Source of the DNA: Antedon mediterranea
Taxonomy: Eukaryota > Animalia > Echinodermata
Assembly (NCBI RefSeq): GCF_964355755.1
Contig: NC_092671.1
Span: 37,458,304 to 37,522,303, forward strand
Length of the DNA: 64,000 bases
Reading direction: 5' to 3'
A program made the translations under genes and the position numbers. Below, piece after piece: positions 23,310-36,500 of the stretch (position 1 is the stretch's first letter; each line of letters opens with the position of its first letter). The notes below the pieces were generated by a model that saw only the letters and a program-made list of their open reading frames with translations, was not told the origin of the DNA and did no database searches.

Positions 23310-23731
23310 ACACTTAGAATTAAATGCGTTACTAAATTTGAATATACTGGACCTAAACTCTGGAATTCTCTTCCTTTATCTCTTAAAAAATCTCATAACT
23401 GTGCTTTATTTAAACGTCAATTTAAACTATTATTGGTTGAAGGTTCTTTGTAAATTCTTTTATTATTGATATATTTGATATTTCTTAAATAATTTATATA
23501 ATCTATTTTTTACTTGTTTTTTTAGTTTTAAACATGTTAAACTTATGTGTTAGAGAAAAGATATTAGTTTAATTGTTGTTTTTTTGGAGTTTCTAATTGT
23601 GTTATATTATTAATATTTTATTTGTTTTGTTTTGAGGAGCCTATTCACCACAAGCTTTGCTTTCTTTTAGGCTCCTCCACTTTATATTTATATATTTGTA
23701 AAGTGAAATAAATAAATGAAATGAAATGAAA
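23310..23731 (+). mobile_element. LINE (CR1/L2-group) 3' fragment downstream of the LDH stop
   Basis: Translates YTGPKLWNSLPLSLKKSHNCALFKRQFKLLL (RT C-terminal motif). Followed by a GAGGAGCCTA...TAGGCTCCTC stem-loop, AATAAA and a (GAAAT)n tail. Confidence 0.7.
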
Positions 23732-24039
23732 TAGTAAAATAACAGGGGTTGAATTAGCAATACCCAATTTAGAAATTGCAATTTACTAATACTGTAGCAT
23801 AGCAACCAAAAATATGTTGACCTAATATTACTAGTGTAACAATATTGTATTCTTAACCTTTTTTTATTTTATGTAATTTTGGTAAAAAGTATGCAAATGT
23901 CTTTCTAATTCTTCCCACCACTGCAATATTAAGGTGCTATATATTATTGTTGAAAACTATTGAACACAATGAATGTAGATAGACTAGAGAGTACACTAAA
24001 ATAATATTTGAAATTATTGTAATTGTAGGAAGGCTCTTA

Positions 24040-24197
24040 AGCTCTGTCTACACTGTCAAATTAGTTTGACAAAAAAGTGTGATGTGCCCAAATATGGTAG
24101 TGATATGCCCAAATATAGTAATGATATGACATCATGTCCATATATGGGCACATCACATTTTTTTTGTTACATAAAGTTTGATAGTGTAGACAGAGCT
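24040..24197. mobile_element. PIF/Harbinger (Tourist-like) MITE family A, representative full copy; more than 20 copies in the window
   Basis: TTA|AGCTCTGTCTACACT(A/G)TCAAA ... TTTGATAGTGTAGACAGAGCT|TTA: TIRs with a 3-bp TWA TSD. Other copies, some partial, at ~1434, 5613, 6396, 7395, 10386, 10921, 12004, 13241, 13834, 15870-16318, 21498, 24215, 28077, 28121, 28801, 29162, 31288, 31932, 38790-39090, 39136, 39712 and 53501. Confidence 0.9.
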
Positions 24198-24546
24198 TTA
24201 GAGTTGTAGTGTTAAGCTCTGTCTACACTATCAAACTAGTTGGACAAAAAAGTGTGATGTGCCCAAATACGGTAGTAGGAGCACATCACACTGTTTTTTG
24301 TCAAACTAGTTTGATAGTGTAGACAGAGCTTAAGAGTAGTGTTACTATACAAATAACTGATTGCTGGATGATCAAACAGGATGTAACATTATTAAATTAA
24401 TCAAGGTTTGATTATTCACGATCTTGAAAATAAAGCTAAATAAGTAGAACATTTTGACTTTGACTTTGTTAATTGTTATCGTAGTGAAATACAACACAAA
24501 CTCTCATGTGCCTAGCTATAATTCTGAAATAAATAACTTTGTATAT

Positions 24547-24762
24547 AAGGGGCGGATACAGCATTATAGATCAGTGGGGGGGGGGGGGGAGCTAAATATT
24601 TCATAAATGATGATTAAAACGATCTGTCGGGTTGCATAAAAATAGGGATATAAATACTCATTATTTTACTTTAAAAAGATATGGCTGTTAAATTTTAGGT
24701 GGGGTGGGGGAGGGAGCTAAAGCCTGTATTCCCCCCCCCCCCCCCCCGCGCCTAAATCCGTG
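24547..24762. mobile_element. GC-ended MITE (AGGGGCGGAT...ATCCG type) with poly-G/poly-C tracts
   Basis: Inverted ends AGGGGCGGATAC / AATCCGTGCC with internal G and C runs. Relics of similar style at ~4740-4915 and 22485-22725, plus the related pair 5884-6045 / 24890-25032. Confidence 0.45.
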
Positions 24763-25369
24763 CCAGTATATACAGTAGGTAAAGGCGAGACTTATATTCA
24801 TTGTGAGGAGAATGAGCTGGCATTGGTATTGTATCTAGTACTTTTCAACCAGCTACTACTCCGCTCAGTCAACTGGCACAGTGTAACGCATAGGGCAAAG
24901 GCCCCTGGTTTAGCACTCCTAAGGGCCCTCCAACACTGGGTAGTTACATTGAGACTGCTCATGCTCTGGGGCCCCTAAAGCTCTGGGCCCCTGGGTTTAG
25001 CCAGTGGGCGCTCATAGTTGTTAAACGTCATTGTCTTTTTTTTCTATAAAATGAATTACAATAAAACACAATTACAAAAACAAAACGTTTATTAAATATT
25101 ATAAATATGTATAAAACTAATGCTGACCATTTTTTAAAAAGTAACCACAAAAGGGTATACCTGCCATGGATGCAAACCTGTGACCAATATTTATGAATAT
25201 CAATAATAGTCTTTAACTTTAATTTACATACATGTGACTTCAAACAATCTCATGAAAATAATGTTTGGTTACTAAATATTTTGTTTAAAGGCACTAGAAT
25301 TAAATGGAATGCTAACTTACAAATCTTTTTAAAAAAAACATAAATTTATATATATTTTTCATCAAGGTA

Positions 25370-27099
25370 TCTATATATAAATTTACGTAAGGGCAAAATT
25401 CGGTAAATCGCGCGTTATTTCTAGAATGTTTACTCGATGGTATATAAAGTTGGTTCGTACTTTCGGTACTGATTTTAACCGCCTGATGTAACCCTGTTTA
25501 CTAATTAAATTGAGTTCGATAATTAGTTATTGACGATTAAAACGAATTTAGGTTCAACGATTTGCCCCAAATAGGGGTGTTTTTCGATCGTGGTATACAC
25601 TGTCTAATGGATGTCCGTCTGGAAAAATACCCGCAGACGATAATACGAGGATGCTTCGCATTTTCCTATCTCCTCCTACGATAATTGTTTTTAATGGCTG
25701 AAAACCGGTTGAACAGCTCGAGTACAGCATCATAATGTTGAAGACAGGCCGATTTTCTTTAAAAAATACTATTTTGATAGATTTAATATACGTTTATACA
25801 AATGTATTGATTTGCGATGAATGGAACATTCCAATCTCTGTTCCACAAGTGTCTATTCCCTCAGGCGTCGTAAAGGCAAGTACTGTATACTCATAACAGA
25901 AATTCGATCCATTTTTTTTTTCAATCTGTGCTGCAGAGGTTGGATATAAATTTTTTTTAAACGGATAAAGAGCTAGCGTTTTCACTCGCCGTATATTATG
26001 TATAAATCTTTATTATTGCAGTTAAACCACCCACATCATCACCCTTCCCTCACTGGCATGAGTAGCGTTGTAAAACCAGTAGAGGATAGGCCTACGGTAC
26101 ATCACATGCCCTAAACGCAGAACAACTTTGGTGGGTAGGGTAGGAACCAACTTAAGTATGAATTGGCTCTAAGAAACAATTGAAAACCATTAGGCCTACT
26201 AATTAAGTTGAGTTAGATAATTTAATATTTATTGACGATTAAATCGAATTTATGATTTTCCCGAATAGAGGTGGTTTTCACAAATTGTTTTACATTATAT
26301 AAACATATACACGTAGTGATGTATCGTTACATGTAGGGCCTACTGTACTATTTCAATCGACTAGGACGGTGATAGTTTCAACAAAGTATTACATCGCAAT
26401 GTTTTACTGTGTTTAGTGGTATATTATTTGTAAAACATGAAAATAATAATAATAATAATAATAATAACTGGTACTTGATATAGCGCATTATGCTGAAAGC
26501 CTCAATGCGCTTTACAAAGACAGAACAATTTAGAAATTTACAAATTAAAAAGTCGGTTTTGAGGAGAGATTTGAAGACACTGGTTTAAATAGGCAACGCA
26601 TTCCATAGAGAAACAGATGCCGAAGAAAATGAACGATTTCCATAAAACTTAGTGGAAGGATGAAATATATGGGCAAGAAGAGACTCAGATCTAGATCTCA
26701 GAGACCGCTTAGGAACATAAGGTTGAATAAGTTCAATTAATATTTCGTTACTAAATGGATAAAGAATAATATTTAAAAATTGTTCCTCTTTGCACCCATC
26801 CTCTTCCCCATCCCTCAACCCTAATGTTACATACAAAACACAAATTAAGTTTGTTTAAATTTGACTTCAACAATTGGTTTCTCTTTCGGAAGTAATTCCC
26901 ATGGTGCTAATTTTAGTTGAGTACATAAATCACAGTGTCTATTTATTCGTTCCTGTAGGCTGTAAACGACATGTATTATTGTCCTGCGGTACGTACATTT
27001 GAAATCGCCAGTTTTTTAACGCTGAAATTATTATGTATTCGAGAACCATCTGTGGGCACGACCTAGATGGTACGCGAGCGAAGCGAGCGTACCATCTAG
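25370..27099 (+). mobile_element. Non-autonomous Helitron-like element
   Basis: Begins A|TCTATATATAA. Ends in the hairpin CTAGATGGTACGC-GAGCGAAGCGA-GCGTACCATCTAG|T, so it sits between A and T with no TSD. Contains an internal duplicated block (~25500 / ~26197) and an L2 fragment. Confidence 0.65.
26441..26760 (-). mobile_element. L2 LINE 3' fragment nested in the Helitron
   Basis: YVPKRSLRS...STKFYGNRSFS...LWNALP..FKSLLKT motif, an L2-type 3' end (AAAGCGCATTGAGGC..TGCGCTATATCAAGT) and a (TTA)n tail. Confidence 0.8.
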
Positions 27100-27219
27100 T
27101 AGTTTACAAAGGACACATTATTTAGTAGTCTCAAAATACCCTAAATACCATCGGTGGTGTGTGCGCTATTGCTCCAAATTAATGTTTATACTTAATATTT
27201 TTAAATTAACAATCCTCCG

Positions 27220-27480
27220 ATTTAGAACAGAGATTGCAATAATAGCAATACCCCTATTTAGAACAGCGATGATTGAATTAAACCCTATTTAGAACAAGGG
27301 TACATTAGCAATACTCCTATTTATAACAGGGGTTGTATTAGCAATACTCCTATTTATAACAGGGGTTGTATTAGCAATACTCCTATTTAGAACAGGGTTG
27401 CATTAGCAATACTCCTATTTAGAACAAGGGTTGCATTAGCAATACTCCTATTAGAACAGGGTTTACATTAGCAATATTCC
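27220..27480. repeat. ~30-bp minisatellite (~8-9 copies) just downstream of the FN3 receptor stop
   Basis: Unit TAGCAATACTCCTATTTAGAACAGGGGTTGCAT. A single related copy lies at ~23740-23773. Confidence 0.85.
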
Positions 27481-27514
27481 AGTAAGTTTCTTAATTTATT
27501 CTTTATACTTAAAT

Positions 27515-30500
27515 TTATTCTATATCGATAGTAGATTTAGATATTGCAACTGATGCATCTTCCTTCTTATCTTCATCCTCAATAAGTTCCTCAGTTTTTG
27601 CATGACCATTACTCATTTCTATGTTGTTTTCTATTAAAACATCCGTAGAATCTCTATTATCTTTCTGTTGAAGTGTAAATGATGTTTCCCCAATTTCAAG
27701 ATCACCTTCCATACCCGCAGTCCCTACATGACCGTTGCTCATTTCATTTTGTTGAAGTGTAAATGATGTTTCCTCAATATCAATTTCATTTTCTATACCC
27801 CCAGGCCCTACATGACCATTACCAATTTCTACCAAGTTTTCAATTGAGGTATTTGCGGATCCTTTTCTTTCTTGAATGAAATTTGATTCAAATTGTGCAA
27901 AGTTCAGATCCCATCGTTCTTCTGGTTTCATGATCTTCATGCTCACAAGATTAACATCTGCACGTGTCGTTGGAGCCTCACGGAATGTTCCATCCTTGCC
28001 CACAATTGTTCGCAGTACTTTATTCCTTTGTGAAGTAATAACAAAGTTTATATTAATAGTAGGAGGAAGGACTTATGCTCTGTCTATTATCAAACTAGTT
28101 TGACAAAAAAAGAAAAAAAAAGCTTTGTCTACACTATCAATCTTTATGTTCCCATATATGGACACGATGATGTCATATCACTACCATATTTGAGCACATC
28201 ACACTTTTTTTGTCAAACTAGTTTGATAGTGTAGACAGATGATGGGTGACGAGTAAAATGTGGAGCTGTAGCTTGGTGGTTAAAGTGCTTGCCTTCCAAT
28301 CCTAAGGTCCAGGAATAATTCTGACCTAGTGCCAGTGTTGTAAGTCATGACTCTTTCAACTCCACTCCCTAAGCCTCAAATGAGACTTAGTTTATAAGCA
28401 TGATAAAGTATAAAATAGTTTATTCATCCTGTAATTGGCGAGTTTGTGCTCGCTGTTAGATGTGTATGAAATAAAAAACTTAAGTATGTACTTACTTTGT
28501 ACGATAACTGTAGACCAATATAATCATAACACCAATGAGAAGCAAGATAATTAATCCCAGTACAATGGAAATAATGACAACTTCTTTATCTTTCTCTTCA
28601 CTATCACCTTTACCATCATTTTCACTATCTGCTAAGAAAACATACCAAAATAGCTGTATAACATGCAGACATTTATAACACATAGAGTAATAACAGTCCA
28701 TTCAAAGATCATGAACTTAAGTTTATTTTGATAAAGTTTATAAATATGACTGATACAACGTATTTATTATTAAAAGTTAAAATAATTTGTACACTTCTAA
28801 AGCCCTGTCTACACTATCAAACTAGTTTGACAAAAAAAATGTGATGTGCCCAAATATGGTAGTGATATGACATCATCATGTCCATATATAGTCACATCAC
28901 ATTTTTTGTCACATAAAATTTGATAGTGTAGACAGAGGCTTACAGTGTTATCTGCCATTACATCTCTCAATGAAAACAGAAACTAACTTACTAAGTGTAA
29001 TAGGTTCAGAGTAGAGTGTATCTGAATAGTAGTCTGTGTTGTAGTAGCCTCTGAATTGGTATCTAAAACAAGAAAACAAAATTTATGCAAATTACAATAT
29101 GAACTATTGACAAACATTTAAACTGAATATTGTTGCTTGTTGGTTTTTATGGAAATCTTAAAACTCTGTCTACACTATCAAACTTTATGTGACAAAAACA
29201 TGTGATGTGCCCATATATGGTATCATATCACTACCATATTTAAGCATATCACTACCATATTTAAGCATATCACTACCACATTTGGGCACATCACACTTTT
29301 TTTGTCAAACTAGTTTGATAGAGACAGAGCTTTAGGGTTTTAAAGTTTTTTTAAATTAATAAATAAATAACTGTTAATTTTAACAGTATGAGCAGTGCAT
29401 TTTGTCCACTTACAGTACTGTACTAAACACACAGCACATAGGCAGAAACAAAAAGTAGTAAATTGTTCTAGTTGGAACGATATTTCTTTTAATTTAAACC
29501 ACAATTTGAATGAACAGAAAACTTACACATAAGTTTTTCCTGGCTTCAGTGGTCCATTACAGAAGGTAGTGGCAGATGCAGCACTGCAGTCAACAGAGCC
29601 AACATTTATGGTAACATCTGTAGCACGTTTTTTACGATTACCAGCTAATAAAAAGGAAAAACCAATATATATATATAAGTGCCTGTTTTTTTAGGGAGAC
29701 TAATTTAGGAATAGTTGGCTGTATCATTCAACACTAGGAATACTAACAACATAGAACTAGAACTAGAACTTGAGGCAATTAGACTACATCACCATACTAA
29801 GTGAAAATAAATCGTCCATTTTTTCTTATAAGTTTTACATACCATTTCTTACAATGCTGTAGTCAATGGGTTCACTTGTCTGATATCTTGGGGTTGGGTT
29901 ATTGTTGATTACCTGGCCCCAGCTTGGTAGCGTTGCATCCTGGTATGCCCCTGTTTCACCCCCTTTTGAATCACCAATTGCTTTAAGAAAATATATTTAA
30001 ATTAATTTGATCATTCCAATTATATATAAGTAGAATTAATATTGTGTAAATACTTTATTTGTCACTCTCATAACATAATATAAAAAAACTTCATTAACAA
30101 ATATGACAAAAAAAACCAAAATAAATCAGCTTTCGCTAATTGAGATTTGGCCTTTAACGTAAAATGCATTAATTATTTATGGTAACATTTGTTCTTTTTA
30201 GACATTAGTGCCATGACTTCAATTACCGTCATTGAATATATATATGCGCTATATGCGTAAATTGTATTACCATGTGATGAAATATGACCAAATTTGGTTT
30301 AATTATGATATATGCTTGTGAATATGATTCCTAACTTGATTTCATTAAATTTTTGATTGCGCACCATGAAAATCTAACCACATTGATTCCATGGTCATAA
30401 GGAATATACTCTGAAAAATTGACATAACTAGATGAAATTGATTTCAAGATAATTGACAGACAATATAAACATTAAGCAAAGAATAAATAAATAAAGATTC

Positions 30501-33500
30501 TGACAAAATCAATAAGGTCTTATAACCTTTAAAATATGTAAATAGAAACATATACCTTGTTGTTCAGCTACAATGATAACAAATGTGGAAACAGGCCCAT
30601 TATCTTCGGAAAACAGTAAGTCATTTATAGACACAGTGAAAGATGAATTAGTAATGGAATTTTCTGCAACCTTTTCTGGTTTCATTGTACTGGGCTCAGG
30701 TTCTGCAAAAAAAATTTGTTTAAAACCTCTACTAAAAATTATTATTTGTTTAAAACCTCTACTAAAACATTATAATTTGTTTAAAACCTCTACTAAAAAA
30801 TATTATTTGTTTAAAACCTCTACTAAAAAATATTATTTGTTTAAAACCTCTACTAAAAAAATAGTATTTGATTAAAATCTTTACTAACAATTTGCTCAAG
30901 ACATGGTTAAACTTTCCAAAATTCCTTTAGAAGTAATGCTAAGAAAGTTAAGTTGAGAATAATATTATAGAGAAAATCTAAATTACCATTTGGTGGAATA
31001 ACACTAGAGATATATGCTGAAACTCCAATATTGTCAGCATTTTTGGCCTGGATCTGTAATGACAATGACAACTTATTATATTTTAGATGACAATTTCAAT
31101 ATGACAATAACAAATAAAATTACTGATTTAATTAGAGAAAAGGGGAAAATTCCAGAAGCAAATGCTTATAAAAGAAAGAACCCAATAAATATACACATGA
31201 GAAAAGACAATAATAAAAACTTTTATGAAAATGAAGATGATTTTTATTAGATAGTAGTAATGATGATGCTAAAAATTATGATTATAAAGCTCTGTCTACA
31301 CTATCAAACTTAACAGGACAAAAACATTTGTTGTGTCCATATATAGACACGATGATGTCATATCACTGCCATATTTGAGCATATCACTGCCATATTTGGC
31401 CACAATTTTTTGTCAAACTAGTTTGATAGTGTAGATAGAACTTAAGGATAAAAATGAAACAGTGAAGGTTCATATGAGAATAATTTCCACAATTATAATG
31501 ATTGACACCAAATATGAATTTGATTATTGATACTGCATACATATATTGTTTAAAGGTTTGCATGGTGAAATCATATGTTGATATAAGTTAGTGCAGTTAG
31601 AGAAACTCAACAGTTCTTTTCAAAACTAATATACGTGATGTACCGCAAACTTATATCAACAAATACTGCATGCAATTTTTTTTAAAGTGTTTTTAACTTA
31701 CACCTTGATTAAGATATTGCATAAAATAAAAAGTGTTTTTAACAAATGTATTTCACTTACAACAAATGTATAATTATAACCAGCAAGAAGGTTTTCATAC
31801 GCAACCACTGTTTGATGAGCATTAAGTAACCTCACATCCGAATCACTTGGTAATCCCTGTAAATAAAAAATAAAACTATAATATAACTATAATATATAAT
31901 AAGTATAACAAATCACTCTTTTGCACTCTTAAGCTCTGTCTACACTATCAAACTGAATGTGACAACAAAATGTGATGTGCCCATATATGGACATGATGAT
32001 GTCATATCACTACCATATTTGTGCATATCACTTCTATATTTGGGCACATCATAATTTTTGTCACATAAAGTTTTATAGTGTGGACAGAGCTTTAAACACG
32101 ACCATGCTACATATTATTCGGCATCAAAGTAAATTTGTTTTTCCTGTTGTCGTGGGACAACTTGTCATCGCAATGGAGACAGCACTTCGTATAAAGTTTT
32201 TTCTGTGTTTCGTATTGTTTTGCTATTTCACAATTATAGTGATAACATGAGTGCTTTAGAAACAGATATTTTTGTACAAGAAACAGAAATACTAACTGGA
32301 AATTCTCCAATTTTGTTAATAGTGTAGGCCTCTATAACCCCAAATACTTCCAGTGGAGGATTGAAAGTTACGACTATTGTTGATTCTGATTGTTTTGCTG
32401 CTACATTTGTCACTGGTCCTGGAACTGAGGGTAAAATAATTGAAAAAGTAAATTTATGTGATAACTTTTTTATATGTGCAATATTTTGTAAAATTTTACA
32501 CAATTTAGCCTTTGGCTACAATGTAAATTTTCGTTTTATTGAATAAAACCTTGAATCCAAAATCCCTTTTGTTTAACAGTTTGTATGGCGAATAAACTCT
32601 AGTATTAGTAATTAAGTTTTCAGATTCAGATTCAATTTATTAAGTCATTCATACATAGCATAATTACTAACTTATTGTTGAGAAAGTTTGCTTACACCAT
32701 GTTTTTCAAAAAGAGTGCTGTACTGCTTACCTAACTTTACTACGATCATAATACTTGTATGTATGTAAAAACACAAGTTAATACATTCTAACTATATATA
32801 ATTATTATGTAAATAAACCTTGTGGAAAAAAATACAAATTATACCATAAACAGAGAGAAAATTATGATTAAAGGTTGTTTGACCCTTGGAAAAAGAAAAC
32901 AATTATACCATGTCTTTCAACACTACCTCACTAAACTACATACTAATTTGCATACAATCACATTTACATATGAATGAATATTCATGATGTTTAATTTACA
33001 TATTCATTTTTATACTTACTCCCTTGTGAAGTGGTTATGGTTCCTACAGTGTCAGCACTTGGACTTGTTCCCGCGACAGCAGCCAATGTCACTGTGTACT
33101 CCGTGTAAGGTAGTAAATCTTTAAATGTATAATACGTTGAAAATTCAGATAGAGTTGGTATCTCAGAGTCAGACGGTTGAAGGGTAATGACGTATCCATC
33201 AAAGTCGCCCTCGGGTTTGTCCCAAAACATCGTAAAACCGGATGAGGTTATCTGAGAAAATCGAATATCCTCAATCGCAATTGGAGCTGTAAAAATAAAT
33301 GGTATAAATTGCATTAATTTAAATCTGCTTGTTGATTTAAAAAAATTATTACAGCTTGAACAAGCTGTAATACGTATCAATCTCTCGATATATTACATGT
33401 TTTTACTCACACATACCCAACCTGTGAGAAATCTCGAGAGAAAGCATAATTGGTGAGCTATTTGATTACTATGATTGGTCAATTTAATACCATGGGCAAT

Positions 33501-36500
33501 ACATGTGTGCGCAATAACAACTCGAGATATCTCGTAACAAAAACAGGCCTCTCATTGGTGTGTTTTTTCTCCCAATTTACAACAAAATTGTAGTCACACT
33601 ATGCAAACCTGGTTACAAGTTGTTAAATTTTGCAGATGTTCAAAAGGGTATAGTTTTAGTCTGTATAATCTATAGTAAATTTGAATAAATGGCAATTGTT
33701 GTTAGCAATTCATGTTATTGATTTTGTACTTTTTTCTAAAGGATTGTAAAGAATTAAAGCATGAAATATTGTTGCTTACTTGTCGTTGCTGTTATGTTAA
33801 AAGGTGAACTCCTAAGGCCTTCAATTTCTGCTACTACTTGTATGAAATACTCTGTACCAGGATACAGATCAATCAATTCAACATCAAATATTGAGACTGA
33901 GGCTAGCCGGTCATGCATGACAACTGTATGGTTGTCCAAATCGGATGACATCGCTGTTACATGGTAAAAACATCCTGTACAGTCGTGGTCTCTGATTTGA
34001 ACGGTGATAGAGGACGTTGTAACATGCAAAATGTTAACGTCTTCTGCTGGTTCGGGAACTAAATAAATCAATTTATTTTTCGTAATCAAATAGAAACATG
34101 TTAAGGAGCCTTACCAATACCAGGGTTCAAATCATATCAAAATCCCAGGATTTCTCTGATGGCTAATCCTATAGCCAGGGATTCAAAGAGCAAACCACAT
34201 TTTTTTCTGGTGCACTTTTTAAACTAGAGACTATACAGTAGCAGCAAATATGATAAATATATGCTTAAAACTAGCATAAAGGCCAATTAACACACACAAT
34301 GAGTAACGGTAAGCGTAAAACCGCGTAGCTTGTCCTACATAGTATCTATATCCTCAGCGCAACCTGCCTGTACGCTCAAAGTTGTGTGTGCTAGTCATAA
34401 GGAATATAGATTCCATATTATTATTATCGTTACCGCTCATCAGTGTAATTGACCTTTGATAATTAATTTTTTCATTTTTTTGGGAAAAGAGAAAGCCCCT
34501 ATAGATAATGAATTTCTTACCAGTGTATATAAGGAATATCTCTTTTGTAGAGTCCTCAAACCCTTGTCTTTCAGTGTGTACGGTTACAAATTCTGAAGAA
34601 CCTGAATTCAATTCACTAAAAACAACCAATTGTTCAGCATCACTGGTTCTGGTATGTGTTACACCACAAAAGCAGGATACAGTAACCATGTCATATAGGC
34701 CTTGAGGTGGGGTCCACGACAACATGACAGCAGTGGTGTTTGCTTTCTTTATAATGTTTGTAGCCTGTGCTAAAGCTGTTTACGATAAAAATATACAGGA
34801 AATTTAATCCAAATCCTAATATAGGTCATTCGGCATTTCTGAGCCTGTTACTAACAAACGGGTTATTGATATTACATGGTCTCATACAAAGCGTATTTGT
34901 TGATAAAAAAAAATGTAACATATAGCCCATAAGTATCTCCGGACACCTGACCAAATTCAGGGTCAGCGTGATCAATTAACAGTGTTTTCAAAATGTCATA
35001 ATCATAGTATCTTTAATTTAATATTAAAAAGAATTAACAGAAATTTGTTTTAAAAACTGGCATATCATATATAAATAAAACAGTAAAATACACAAAAAAA
35101 GTGCACCAATATAGATTAACACTACAACAACACAAAAACAACACAATTCTCAAATTTCTCTTGTTTTTTAACAGTTTGTATAACTAATTTATTTTTTTTT
35201 TTTTTGAAAATTTATTATGGTATAAAACAAACTATGATGATCAACAGGCAGCCGAAAGCTGAAAACGTTGAACTTACAAAAATACAATTGGGATAAAAAG
35301 TAGAGACTATACAGTATATATAAAAATATGTTCAATTAAAAATTCAGTAAATATAAGAAAATGATGTAACAATCAATTAATCAATAGAAACTTACTTGTC
35401 TGTTGAACAATCTCAGCTGGTAGGCTAAGCACTCCATTTCTTTCAGCCACGACACTTATATTGTATCGTGTACCAGGTTGTAATTGATCAAATCGCATGT
35501 CAAACGTTGTCTGTGAGCTTTCAGGTTCAATTGTAACAGAGCCTAGCGTTTGGCCTAGCTCTGATGTTGGTTGTCCTATGTATTTACAGCTCGTACACGT
35601 TGCATCACTCAGTGTTACGACAATAAAATCAAGTCCTGCACTGTTTGCGGATTCAACAGTAGGCGTGTCTGGAACTGAACAAAAATAGTAGTTACAACAT
35701 AAATTAATGTTACAAACTCAGTCATGTGTGGACCAATATGTTGACCCCGTCATCTGGAGGTCAACGGTGACATATTCCCCACTACGCTTTGAGAAAGCCA
35801 ACTGATAGTTGGCGAAACGTTATTTTTACTTACTGTTACAACCTGCAGTTGAGATATAATTAACGATTAAATTTTAAATTAATTTATATTTTGTGCTTGA
35901 GAACTTGGAATTAAAATAAATTATATACATTAACATTTCAACAATTATAATATATTTACTTACTTGTTGAGGGTAGTAAAGCAATTGTTTCTGAAATACT
36001 CTCTTCATTTAAAAATGTTTCAAAAGTGATAAAATAAGCTACTCCGGGTGATAGGTTTGTGTATATGCAATCAGGTACGTCATTGGTGTAGAAATCCTGT
36101 ACTTTATCATTACTGCAACTTCCACAAGTAACTCTTACTAAGGTGTAGGTATCGGTAGGAGGCGTCCACATCAGCCTTATGGATGTCTGATTCACTTCAT
36201 AAACAATATCCCCAACCGATGTGGTCACACCTATAAATGATGAATATCAATAATATATAATTTTCAATAATGAGATCAAGTTCGTCGGTAAAATAACTTG
36301 CGTGTCAAGACAGTTTCACCAAGCTGTCAGCTAGACTTTGTAAGTTGTTGTGTGTATAATTTTCAGTGATTTAATATATCTATCTAGCAATTACAGTGTG
36401 TTTTTACGAACAAATTCAGTAGCATAGTTCCCAACCGTCTCGCATCGTGCGGGATGGTCCAGCATTTCAAAGTGATTTTTAATGAAACACGCATTTTGAA

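Noticed and set aside
25794-25985. ORF as a possible missing phosphatase exon of the FN3 receptor
   Set aside because: It has no PTP motifs and lies inside the Helitron-like element.
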